Part shown: positions 7,444 through 16,044 of the stretch, piece by piece
Position numbering within the stretch: position 1 is the first letter of the stretch
Layout: each line of letters starts with the position of its first letter
Source: Candidatus Saccharimonadales bacterium
GTDB lineage: Bacteria > Patescibacteriota > Saccharimonadia > Saccharimonadales > JAXHNE01
Length of the DNA stretch: 54,797 bases
NCBI GenBank assembly: GCA_041600755.1
Contig: JBFIJL010000001.1
Coordinates: forward strand, 1-54,797
Direction: 5' to 3'
Position numbers and translations under genes: made by a program
The notes under the pieces: generated by a model
Told to the model about the DNA's origin: nothing
What the model saw: only the letters and a program-made list of their open reading frames with translations
Database searches by the model: none

Positions 7444-8954
7444 TTATTTTCTAACCTTTGTGAGCGAAGTGTTGCTAGATTTGCATGGAGAGTCTTCGCT
7501 AAACGCGGCCCGACTGCGCGCGTCAATTGAGAAACATCCGCCTCCACTATACCCTTAAAACTGCCAAAATGAACCAGAAGTTTCTTTTTTGTTTTGGGAC
7601 CCACTCCTGGGATATCATCAAGCGTACTTGCAGTTTGCCGATGCTGTTTTAGAGTCGAATGATAGCTCACTGCAAACCGATGTGATTCATCGCGAATCCG
7701 TTGCAGCAACTTCACAATATGACTTGTGCGCGGCAAGGCCAAAAGCGTAAACTCTTCGGATTTTGTTGCGTACCCATTAAGCTCTTCTAAAAAATTGTCT
7801 TGAAGCCTTATGCGAGAATCTTGTGCAATCACTATCTCTTCTTCTCGCTTGGCAAGTCCAATCATCGGCACAGAATATCCAGCTTCATTGCGCGCCCGAA
7901 TAGCCGCCGAGAGCTGGCCTTTGCCACCATCAATCAATATTAAGTCCGGCAAACCCCACGACTTAACATTGCGCGGCTTCAATCGCCTTGAAATCACCTC
8001 ATGCATATGAATAAAGTCATCATTGCCAGGAATTTGCATTTTAAACTTCCTATACGAAGACTTATCAGGAATTCCAGCCCCAAATACCACCATACTCGCA
8101 ACGGTATCAGTGCCCTGCATATGACTAATGTCATACCCTTCAATCCGTTTTGGTATATTCTCTAGGCCCAATAGGTCCATTAGACCCGACAAACCATAGT
8201 CTTTACTGATGTCCAACGATTCACTATCAGAAAAAACTATCTGCTTAGACAAGTGACGAAGTGCAAAAAGTTGGTTTCTAATCTTTGCAGCTTTCTCAAA
8301 TTGCGAATCTGTTGCAAATTCTTTCATTTCTACTTCTAGCTCTTTCATGAGACTCGTTCGCTCTGCACGCAGATATTTCATCAATTTCTTGAGATTAAGC
8401 CTGTACTCTTCCAGTGAAGTTTGATTCTCCTCAAGACCTGGACAAAGTCCTAAATGTGCCTGTAGGCATGCACGCTTTGGCTTCACTCCTCGGTGCGTAG
8501 AATAAGGGAATGGCTTGCGCAGTGCTTTTAGCGCACGGCGAACTGTAACGGCACTGTAATATGGGCCTAGGTATGTAGCATTGTCATCTAATGGACGTCG
8601 CGTAATGGTAACCGTTGGGTGCTCAGACTTTATGGACACCCTGACGTAGGCCAAGCTTTTGTCGTCACGTAGTAGGATATTGTACGGAGGCAAGTAACGG
8701 CGGATGAGCTCTGCTTCTAAGAATAGTGCATCAAGCTCAGTATCAACCTCTCTCCACTCGATATCTCGTATTTCATTGACCAAAGCTTCAGTTTTAGGAT
8801 CGCGGGTACGTGAGTTCTGAAAATATTGCCTAACTCTATTCCTAAGATTGGCAGCTTTGCCAATATACAAGATGTCGCCCTTTTCATCTTTGTGAAAATA
8901 CACTCCTGGTGTGCTAGGCAGTGCTTTTAATTTTGACTGCAAGGTTTCGCTCAT
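7440..8954 (-). CDS. uvrC: Excinuclease ABC subunit C
   Basis: GIY-YIG (PGVYF..LYIGKA.NLRNRV), RIEGYDISH, LIDGGKGQ, RDESHRFA, C-terminal HhH GVGPK. Confidence 0.97.
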   Translation of the reverse strand: MSETLQSKLKALPSTPGVYFHKDEKGDILYIGKAANLRNRVRQYFQNSRTRDPKTEALVNEIRDIEWREVDTELDALFLEAELIRRYLPPYNILLRDDKSLAYVRVSIKSEHPTVTITRRPLDDNATYLGPYYSAVTVRRALKALRKPFPYSTHRGVKPKRACLQAHLGLCPGLEENQTSLEEYRLNLKKLMKYLRAERTSLMKELEVEMKEFATDSQFEKAAKIRNQLFALRHLSKQIVFSDSESLDISKDYGLSGLMDLLGLENIPKRIEGYDISHMQGTDTVASMVVFGAGIPDKSSYRKFKMQIPGNDDFIHMHEVISRRLKPRNVKSWGLPDLILIDGGKGQLSAAIRARNEAGYSVPMIGLAKREEEIVIAQDSRIRLQDNFLEELNGYATKSEEFTLLALPRTSHIVKLLQRIRDESHRFAVSYHSTLKQHRQTASTLDDIPGVGPKTKKKLLVHFGSFKGIVEADVSQLTRAVGPRLAKTLHANLATLRSQRLENK

Positions 8955-9508
8955 GAAAATAACTTAGAATCGATGTATTTTCTGAGAAGTCGTCGTTCAA
9001 AGCGTCGTGTCTGCACAATTCTGTCTAATGGATTGTCCGACCCTACCGGACGAACGAGAACAGAGATCATGCCCATCCGGTTTGCTCCATAGATATCTGC
9101 CATTAACTTGTCCCCAACCATAGCAATATTCTCTGGTTTACAACCAGCTCTGGCTACTACTTGGTTAAAATATGCCTTCCGGGGTTTTCTGGTCCTCAGA
9201 CTGGCCCTAACAACCTGTGCTGAAATACTTGCCGCCAGCTCCTGCAAATCATTGCTTGGTCGATTGCTGGCAATAATCCACTTATCAAACTTCTTGCGAT
9301 GTTTTTGCATTTTCTTGAGTAATCTATTGTCGATTTTTTTAGGATGGAACGGAGATAGCGAAAAAGATATGAGAGTATTGTCGGCATCGAATGCTACGAC
9401 CTTAATGCCTTGTTTTTTGAGTTCTGCAAAGTCAATATCTCCCACACCTCTAGCAAAATAGTCTGGAATAAAAAGTTGAGAGTTCTTAGATTTCTTAATC
9501 TTGAGCAT
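8951..9508 (-). CDS. YqeG-family HAD IIIA phosphatase
   Basis: AFDADNTL, KP, MVGDKLMADIYGANRMG motifs. Confidence 0.85.
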   Translation of the reverse strand: MLKIKKSKNSQLFIPDYFARGVGDIDFAELKKQGIKVVAFDADNTLISFSLSPFHPKKIDNRLLKKMQKHRKKFDKWIIASNRPSNDLQELAASISAQVVRASLRTRKPRKAYFNQVVARAGCKPENIAMVGDKLMADIYGANRMGMISVLVRPVGSDNPLDRIVQTRRFERRLLRKYIDSKLFS

Positions 9509-9531
9509 ACGTCTAGTATACCTCAGTAATC

Positions 9532-10404
9532 CTAGACTAGAGCAGCCTCGTTAACAGCGTCAGCACACTTAGATGAGCACACCGAAAGGGTGTCGGTGCA
9601 CTTTTCGCAAACTAACGCGAACAAATTGCACGATTTATTGGCGCAGTTTTCGTGATTACTCGTATTGTCTCCGCAATGGGCACACTCGCCAATATCTGCA
9701 GCGTTGTCGGAAAATGCGATATTTAACCGATTATCGAATACAAAGCACTTACCCTCCCAGTGACCAGAATCTTTAAATTCTTGACCATACTTTACGATGC
9801 CGCCGTCAAGATGATAAACCTCATCAAATCCCTTGTGGGTCATGTATGCGCTTAGGTACTCGCAGCGAATATCCCCAGTGCAATAGGTTAGAATCGGCTT
9901 GTCCTTTGGTAATTTTTCAAGCTCGGCTTTAATGTCCCGGAAAGCTTTGATCTTTGGCTTGATGACATTCTTGCCCTTAAATGCACCAATTTCGCTTTCA
10001 TAATCGTTCCTGGCATCCAAGATCAATACCTCTGGGTTTTTTTCGATATACTCATGCCACTGCTTTGGCTTAAGACCACGAGTACTATTAAACACATCAA
10101 ACGACTCCTCGGGGGCCAGAGTTACGAGCTCATCGCGAACTTTTACACTCAAACGAGGAAAATCATCTTTTTTGCCATCGCTCCATTTGAACTGTATGCC
10201 TTTGAACTTTGAGTGTCGTTTCATTTCTCGGGTGTAGAGCTTCACCTGCTTTATGTCGCCACCGAGCGTTCCGTTAATTCCCTGCTTCGACACTATAATT
10301 CTACCCTTCAGTCCAAGCCGTTCACACAAGTCACGCTGCCAAAACATAACTGTCTCTGGGTCATCAAGTTTTACAAATTTGTAGTAGAGAATTATTTTTT
10401 CCAT
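9532..10404 (-). CDS. trhO: Rhodanese-domain tRNA U34 hydroxylase (TrhO/YceA family)
   Basis: LLYYKF, GRIIVSKQGINGT, LDARNDYE, YCTGDIRCE, LDGGI..Y, GKCFVFDNR and C-terminal Cys cluster. Confidence 0.88.
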   Translation of the reverse strand: MEKIILYYKFVKLDDPETVMFWQRDLCERLGLKGRIIVSKQGINGTLGGDIKQVKLYTREMKRHSKFKGIQFKWSDGKKDDFPRLSVKVRDELVTLAPEESFDVFNSTRGLKPKQWHEYIEKNPEVLILDARNDYESEIGAFKGKNVIKPKIKAFRDIKAELEKLPKDKPILTYCTGDIRCEYLSAYMTHKGFDEVYHLDGGIVKYGQEFKDSGHWEGKCFVFDNRLNIAFSDNAADIGECAHCGDNTSNHENCANKSCNLFALVCEKCTDTLSVCSSKCADAVNEAALV

Positions 10405-10478
10405 CGGTAGACTAGTGTAGAATGATTCTTCATTTCATGCAAGTGATCCCACGGTTTCTAGTTTAGTATAAAAAGTAT

Positions 10479-10506
10479 TTGACTTTTACTTTATCAGTGG
10501 TAGAAT
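10479..10506 (+). promoter_or_regulatory. Sigma70 promoter for ABC exporter operon
   Basis: TTGACT (10479-84), 16 bp spacer, extended TGG-TAGAAT (10501-06). Confidence 0.7.
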
Positions 10507-10526
10507 TGTAGCAATATTTACAAATA

Positions 10527-10586
10527 ATGGAGAGGCGCCAAAAAATGTTAAACATCAAAAACTCTATGCGCTTTTCTGCGCTCTAG
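10527..10586 (+). CDS. Putative leader peptide MERRQKMLNIKNSMRFSAL (alternative start 10545)
   Basis: Short ORF between promoter and ABC gene; GGAGAGG lies upstream of the ATG at 10545. Confidence 0.4.
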   Translation: MERRQKMLNIKNSMRFSAL

Positions 10587-10628
10587 TTTCAAAACATATT
10601 ACTTTTAGTCAGGCAGGAGGCCTGCATC

Positions 10629-12416
10629 ATGAAACACACAACCACTAAATCAAACGCTAGTCGCGTTTTAAAAACCTATTGGGAGCACACCCTTCCTTAC
10701 AAAAAACAGCTCTTCATTATTTATCCAATGATGGTATTGGCTCAAATTATAGAAGATTTCATCCAGCCACTTATTGTTAGCTTTGTGCTCACAAGACTGG
10801 CAGCAGGCACACTGAATGACGTACCAACAAGTACTGTATACCTTATAATTGCAGGTATATTTTTATCTGAGGCAACTAGCCACTTATTGTGGAACCGAGT
10901 CATAATTCGCAGATTCTGGAGAACTCAGGACAAAATTATGGCAAAGCTGTATATGAGTTCATATAATCATATGCAAAATATGAGCATGCGGTTTTTCAAT
11001 GACCGTTTTGCAGGCTCACTCGTAAGCCAAGTCAATAAGTTTGTGGGATCATTTGAACGACTCACTGACGTAATGACATGGAATGTCTTTAAACTACTCG
11101 TTTCAATTATTGCGACAACAATTGTATTGTCGCGGACAGCACCGCTTGTCTCTGTATCTATACTTATTATCAGCGCAGTTTATGTGCCCATAGTTTGGAG
11201 GTATCGAAAAAAGCAATTACCATTCAATAAAGCCTGGGCTGCAGCCGAAACTGAACGAACCGGACAGCTCGCAGATGCACTATCAAACATTATCGCAATT
11301 AAGTCATTCTCTGGCGAGGTGCAAGAAAAATCTCGCATGCAACAAAAGGTGGATGGCGTATTTGCTAGATCTCAGGCCACGATGAACATTAATATGCATC
11401 AAGAACTAGTAACTGGTGCTCTGCAGAGAAGCATAAACGTAGTGGTCATTGTTTTGTCTGTGTTGTTTGCAACCCAGGGCAAAATAGATGTAGGCGTAAT
11501 TTACCTATCGTTGACCTTCACTATGGCAATTATGCGGCGGCTTTGGGAGCTAAATAATACCTTCAGGGCGCTAACTCGAGTCTTTGGAGATGCTAATGAT
11601 ATGGCAGAAATTCTTGAGATACAGGCAGAGATCGCAGACAAGCCCAGCGCCGTTGAGCTGCACGCAAATCGTGGGAGCATTCAGTTCAAGGAAGTAACAT
11701 TTGCATACCCTGATGATGATTCGAAAGACTTGTTCAAGAAACTCAATTTACACATAAAACCAGGTGAGAAAATTGGTCTAGTTGGTCATTCTGGAGGCGG
11801 AAAAACAACCATCACTAAGCTCTTGCAGCGCTTTTTGGACATTCAATCAGGCAGTATTTCAATCGACAATCAAGATATATCGCAGGTACCGCAGTCTTCA
11901 CTTCGCCAGGCCATAGCAACTGTTCCACAAGAACCACTACTCTTTCATCGAACCATTGCAGAAAACATTGGCTACGGCCGATCTGACGCAACACAAAAAG
12001 AAATTGAAATTGTGGCGCGTATGGCCCACGCACATGAGTTCATAAAGGACTTGCCCGACGGATACAAGACGATGGTTGGTGAGCGTGGCGTCAAGCTGTC
12101 TGGAGGACAACGACAACGCATCGCAATTGCCCGCGCCATGGTTAAGAATGCGCCAATTCTAGTGCTGGACGAGGCTACAAGCGCACTCGACTCTGAAAGT
12201 GAGTCGCTCATCCAGGACGCACTCTGGAAGCTCATGGAAGGGCGCACGGCAATTGTTATTGCGCATAGACTAAGCACGATTCAAAAGATGGACAGAATTC
12301 TTGTCATGGATAATGGAAAAATTGCCGAGGAAGGAAGTCATAAAGAACTCGTGAAACTTGGCGGCATTTACGCAGGACTCTGGGGACATCAATCCGGCGG
12401 ATTCATCGAGGACTAG
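10629..12416 (+). CDS. ABC exporter, fused TMD+NBD (type IV, multidrug-like)
   Basis: N-terminal TM domain; GHSGGGKTT, LSGGQRQR, VLDEATSALD, AHRLST. Confidence 0.95.
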   Translation: MKHTTTKSNASRVLKTYWEHTLPYKKQLFIIYPMMVLAQIIEDFIQPLIVSFVLTRLAAGTLNDVPTSTVYLIIAGIFLSEATSHLLWNRVIIRRFWRTQDKIMAKLYMSSYNHMQNMSMRFFNDRFAGSLVSQVNKFVGSFERLTDVMTWNVFKLLVSIIATTIVLSRTAPLVSVSILIISAVYVPIVWRYRKKQLPFNKAWAAAETERTGQLADALSNIIAIKSFSGEVQEKSRMQQKVDGVFARSQATMNINMHQELVTGALQRSINVVVIVLSVLFATQGKIDVGVIYLSLTFTMAIMRRLWELNNTFRALTRVFGDANDMAEILEIQAEIADKPSAVELHANRGSIQFKEVTFAYPDDDSKDLFKKLNLHIKPGEKIGLVGHSGGGKTTITKLLQRFLDIQSGSISIDNQDISQVPQSSLRQAIATVPQEPLLFHRTIAENIGYGRSDATQKEIEIVARMAHAHEFIKDLPDGYKTMVGERGVKLSGGQRQRIAIARAMVKNAPILVLDEATSALDSESESLIQDALWKLMEGRTAIVIAHRLSTIQKMDRILVMDNGKIAEEGSHKELVKLGGIYAGLWGHQSGGFIED

Positions 12417-12431
12417 CGTACAATACAGACT

Positions 12432-14186
12432 ATGAAGTTGCTTACAAAAACAGATAAACAAACGATACGAGATTTTGCACAGGCGGCGCTGCTCAATAAA
12501 AAGTACCTCTACCTGGCATTTCTCGCTCCGTTTGCGACCATTTGTTTTGGAACGATCATTCCATTCATTATCGGGCAAATTTTGGCGACACTAGCAACAC
12601 CAGACGTATCATTAAACGTATATATTATCGGCTTTGTCATTACTGCCATTACCGGCGTACTAGCAAATAGAATTGGATTTTCGAGTCTCATGCGGTTTGT
12701 GGCAGATTGTTGCGAAACACTTCAAGATAATGCACTCACGATGCTCACTAAGCGAAGCATTGGCTATCATAGCAATAACGTTTCAGGCAAGCTTGTAAGC
12801 GATGTAAACGACTACCCTCAGGCTTGTATTCAGCTCTACAATAATTTTTTCATAAACCTATTGCCGTTTGCGCTTGGGGTTGTGGGTGGAACTTTACTTA
12901 TCTCTATTCACTCTTGGCAGCTCGGATTAATAATGGGACTTATGAGCGCATCAATAATTATCTGGGCATTGTGGCGAAGTAAAATGCGTAGCAGCGTAAG
13001 AAAAGAACGGCACGCTTCTATAAAAGCAGTAATCTCACACATTAGCGACACAATAACCAATATGCCCGCCGTAAAGAGCTTTGCCATGGAAGAAGTGGAG
13101 CTTAAAAAGCACCGCAAGATGGCAGCCGAACTTAAGCGACTGCGACTGCGCGACTGGATTGATGTTGCTGTTGATGGAAGTAATCGATTTGCAATGGTCA
13201 TGCTCTTTCAATTCATTTTTATTTTGTATTTAGTTACTGCAATCCGCAACGATCCTAGCTTGCTTGGTATCGGTATCTTTGCATTCAGCTACTCAATTAC
13301 GCTACTCTCGAAACTATTTCAATTAAATGATATTTTACGAACCATAGAGGACGCGCTTCTCAATGCCAGCACAATTACTGTAGCAATGCGTGAAGCAACT
13401 GAAATAGTTGACATCAATGACAGCCAGCTAAAGCTTACTGAAGGGTCAATCGACATACAGCATATGTCGTTCGCCTATCCTGACGCACCGAATGACTTAG
13501 TATTTGATAATTTCAATCTATCAGTTGCTGGAGGTGAAAAAATAGGTCTCGTAGGCTCTAGCGGTGGAGGAAAATCAACACTAATGAAGCTGCTGCTTCG
13601 TTTCGATGATGTGACAAGTGGATCAATCTCTATCGATGGTCAAAATATTGCCGAAGTAACCCAAAAAAGCCTACGAGGATACGTTGGGTTTGTACCCCAA
13701 GAGCCCTTACTTTTCCATCGAAGCATTCGAGAAAACGTGGCTTACGGTCTACTTGATGCGAGCGATGAGCAAATCATAGAGGCAAGCAAGCAGGCCTACG
13801 CACATGAATTCATCCTAAAGCTGCCAAAGGGATACGACACCGTTGTTGGTGAGCGTGGTGTTAAGTTGTCTGGCGGCCAGCGACAACGAATTGCGTTAGC
13901 AAGAGCAATCTTAAAAGATGCACCTATTCTCTTTCTCGATGAAGCGACTAGCGCACTCGACTCTGAAAGCGAAAAACTAATACAGAAGGCTCTTGAAAAG
14001 CTCATGAAGCACCGCACTGTCATTGTTATCGCACATAGGTTGAGTACAATCAGGGGCATGGACCAGATTATCGTAATAGACGATGGCAAGATTGTTGAAT
14101 CTGGCACACACAATGAGCTTTTAAAGCAAAACAAACACTACGGCAAACTCTGGAGGCATCAATCCGGCGGATTTCTGGAAGACTAA
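12432..14186 (+). CDS. ABC exporter, fused TMD+NBD, tandem paralog
   Basis: GSSGGGKST, LSGGQRQR, FLDEATSALD, AHRLST; C-terminus QSGGFLED vs QSGGFIED in the first copy. Confidence 0.95.
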   Translation: MKLLTKTDKQTIRDFAQAALLNKKYLYLAFLAPFATICFGTIIPFIIGQILATLATPDVSLNVYIIGFVITAITGVLANRIGFSSLMRFVADCCETLQDNALTMLTKRSIGYHSNNVSGKLVSDVNDYPQACIQLYNNFFINLLPFALGVVGGTLLISIHSWQLGLIMGLMSASIIIWALWRSKMRSSVRKERHASIKAVISHISDTITNMPAVKSFAMEEVELKKHRKMAAELKRLRLRDWIDVAVDGSNRFAMVMLFQFIFILYLVTAIRNDPSLLGIGIFAFSYSITLLSKLFQLNDILRTIEDALLNASTITVAMREATEIVDINDSQLKLTEGSIDIQHMSFAYPDAPNDLVFDNFNLSVAGGEKIGLVGSSGGGKSTLMKLLLRFDDVTSGSISIDGQNIAEVTQKSLRGYVGFVPQEPLLFHRSIRENVAYGLLDASDEQIIEASKQAYAHEFILKLPKGYDTVVGERGVKLSGGQRQRIALARAILKDAPILFLDEATSALDSESEKLIQKALEKLMKHRTVIVIAHRLSTIRGMDQIIVIDDGKIVESGTHNELLKQNKHYGKLWRHQSGGFLED

Positions 14187-14213
14187 AAAGAGCTCCGTTT
14201 CAGGAGCTCTTTT
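14186..14213. terminator. Bidirectional intrinsic terminator between ABC2 and rplY
   Basis: AAAAGAGCTCC-GTTTCA-GGAGCTCTTTT. Confidence 0.85.
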
Positions 14214-14234
14214 ATTTCAACGGAATAGATTTAG

Positions 14235-14936
14235 CTATTCGCCTGTTTTCTCGTCAGCTTCTTCATCAGATGAATCGGTTGCCGCCTCGCCATTCTCTGA
14301 AGGAACCTCTGCACTACCCGTCTCAGCATCTTCTGCTAACTCAGCAGCAGCAGCATCGGCTTCAGCTGCTTGGTCTTTTGGCATTTCAACAGACACAAGT
14401 CCGTGCTCGGCATCAGTCAGAATTACAACGCCAGCAGGTGTTTTAATGTCTGCAACTGTTAGTGTGTCACCGACTTCAACTAATGCCGATGGATCAATTA
14501 CTAACTGGTCCGGAAGATCCTTTGGTAATGCTTCAACTTCAACGTGATCAAGGCTACGAAGCACAAGCAATCCAGCTCGTTCTGCAGGAATCTCTACATC
14601 CTCTGCAAACACTACAGGAATTTCAGCAGTAGTTTTTTCACCCTGACGAATTGATTGAAATACAACATGTCGAAGCTTGTACTTTGTGGGTTCAAAATCA
14701 GCATCTTTTACGAGCGCCATGTGCTTTTTACCGTTCACTTGCAAGAATACAGGGTGATGCTTTCCAGCTTGGTCATACATTTTTTTAATAGCTACATATT
14801 CCGCTTGTAGGTGTAGTGAATCTTTTCCGTGATTATGCAGCACAACCGGTACTTGACCGCTAGATTTCAAAGCCGTAAGGCCTTTTCCGAGCGTGCTTCG
14901 CTCTGTTACTTCTATCATAATTTCATTGCCTGACAT
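14235..14936 (-). CDS. rplY: 50S ribosomal protein L25/Ctc form with acidic tail
   Basis: GQVPVVLHNHG, LRHVVF, PDQLVID...L.VGD.LTVADI. True start ATG 14936 has an upstream GGAGG. Confidence 0.92.
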   Translation of the reverse strand: MSGNEIMIEVTERSTLGKGLTALKSSGQVPVVLHNHGKDSLHLQAEYVAIKKMYDQAGKHHPVFLQVNGKKHMALVKDADFEPTKYKLRHVVFQSIRQGEKTTAEIPVVFAEDVEIPAERAGLLVLRSLDHVEVEALPKDLPDQLVIDPSALVEVGDTLTVADIKTPAGVVILTDAEHGLVSVEMPKDQAAEADAAAAELAEDAETGSAEVPSENGEAATDSSDEEADEKTGE

Positions 14937-15033
14937 GTTGCCTCCGAGCAGTATTCGTTTTAGTAAACCATAGTATACCAAGTTTAGGGTGTTTACTCCA
15001 ACTATGCGATAATAGCGTATACTAGATTGGTCT

Positions 15034-15729
15034 ATGAAAAATCGAATACTCAAAAGCTTCAAGCAACGAGCTAATACACCAAAACCCACTAGCTCATTTC
15101 AGTCAAATGCACTTCTTTGGATGGCAACTCCGTTGTCGTTTGTGCGAAAGAAAATTAAATCACTCTATACCTGGACTGTGAAATGGGCAGCCCATCCACG
15201 AGCCAACCTTGCGCTTGCTTCTGTCAGCTTTGCCGAGAGCTCTTTCTTTCCCTTGCCGCCAGATCCATTGCTTCTAACGATGACATTTTCACGTCCCAAA
15301 GCCTGGTGGCGGCTAGCGATGATAGCAACTATCGGCTCAGTTATTGGTGGCCTGTTTGGATATTTCATTGGTTTTGCGCTATTCGAATCAATTGGTGGCT
15401 GGCTCATTCAAGCGTTGCACCTGCAAACTGGCTTCGCGACAGTAGAAAAACTATACGTCACACAATCATTCTGGGCAGTATTTGCGGCGGCATTCACACC
15501 TATTCCATATAAAATTTTTACAATTGCGGCTGGCGTGTTCGCTGTAAATCTACCAGGATTTATAATTGCATCACTCCTCGGCCGAGGCATGAGATTTTTT
15601 GCAGTGAGTGGAGCGGCTGCAGTGCTCGGCAACAAATACAAAGACCAGATTGAACGCTATGTAGACCTAATTTCTCTCAGCCTGCTTGGAATAGCTATCG
15701 TCGCCTTTTTACTAATAAAACTTATCTAG
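15034..15729 (+). CDS. YqaA/DedA (VTT-domain) membrane protein
   Basis: SFAESSFFPLPPDPLL, GSVIGGLFGY, AFTPIPYKIFTIAAG, GRGMRF. Confidence 0.9.
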   Translation: MKNRILKSFKQRANTPKPTSSFQSNALLWMATPLSFVRKKIKSLYTWTVKWAAHPRANLALASVSFAESSFFPLPPDPLLLTMTFSRPKAWWRLAMIATIGSVIGGLFGYFIGFALFESIGGWLIQALHLQTGFATVEKLYVTQSFWAVFAAAFTPIPYKIFTIAAGVFAVNLPGFIIASLLGRGMRFFAVSGAAAVLGNKYKDQIERYVDLISLSLLGIAIVAFLLIKLI

Positions 15730-16040
15730 TCACCTGAATCCACACTTCTTTTTGCATCCTGCATTGCAAAATGAAGTACCAAACTACTGCTCCCTGAAGG
15801 CAAGCCAATTGACTCAATATGTCTATCGGCACTTTTGCTAGCATGCAACGATTGGGCCTTGGCAAGTTGTTTGGGCGTTCGAAGGTGACAATGCTCGTGA
15901 TCTTTGGGTAAGTCCTGAAAATACAGCTGTAGAGCACTGAATGTCACAGTCAAGGAATAGTAATCTACTGGCATTTTATAATCATGCTCAAAAGGGAACT
16001 CGTCCATCTCTCTTAAGACTTCTGGTGACAATAACGACAT
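15726..16040 (-). CDS. Hypothetical protein
   Basis: 104-aa ORF filling the gap 4 bp downstream of uvrA; no recognised motif. Confidence 0.45.
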   Translation of the reverse strand: MSLLSPEVLREMDEFPFEHDYKMPVDYYSLTVTFSALQLYFQDLPKDHEHCHLRTPKQLAKAQSLHASKSADRHIESIGLPSGSSSLVLHFAMQDAKRSVDSGD

Positions 16041-16044
16041 ATTG

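Noticed and set aside
12181-13970. 19-bp identical stretch between the ABC genes (gcgcactcgactctgaaag)
   Set aside because: Explained by paralogy at the conserved SALDSES motif.
14937-15089. N-terminal extension of L25 in the ORF track
   Set aside because: It overlaps the divergent DedA gene; ATG 14936 has a GGAGG SD and matches the family start.
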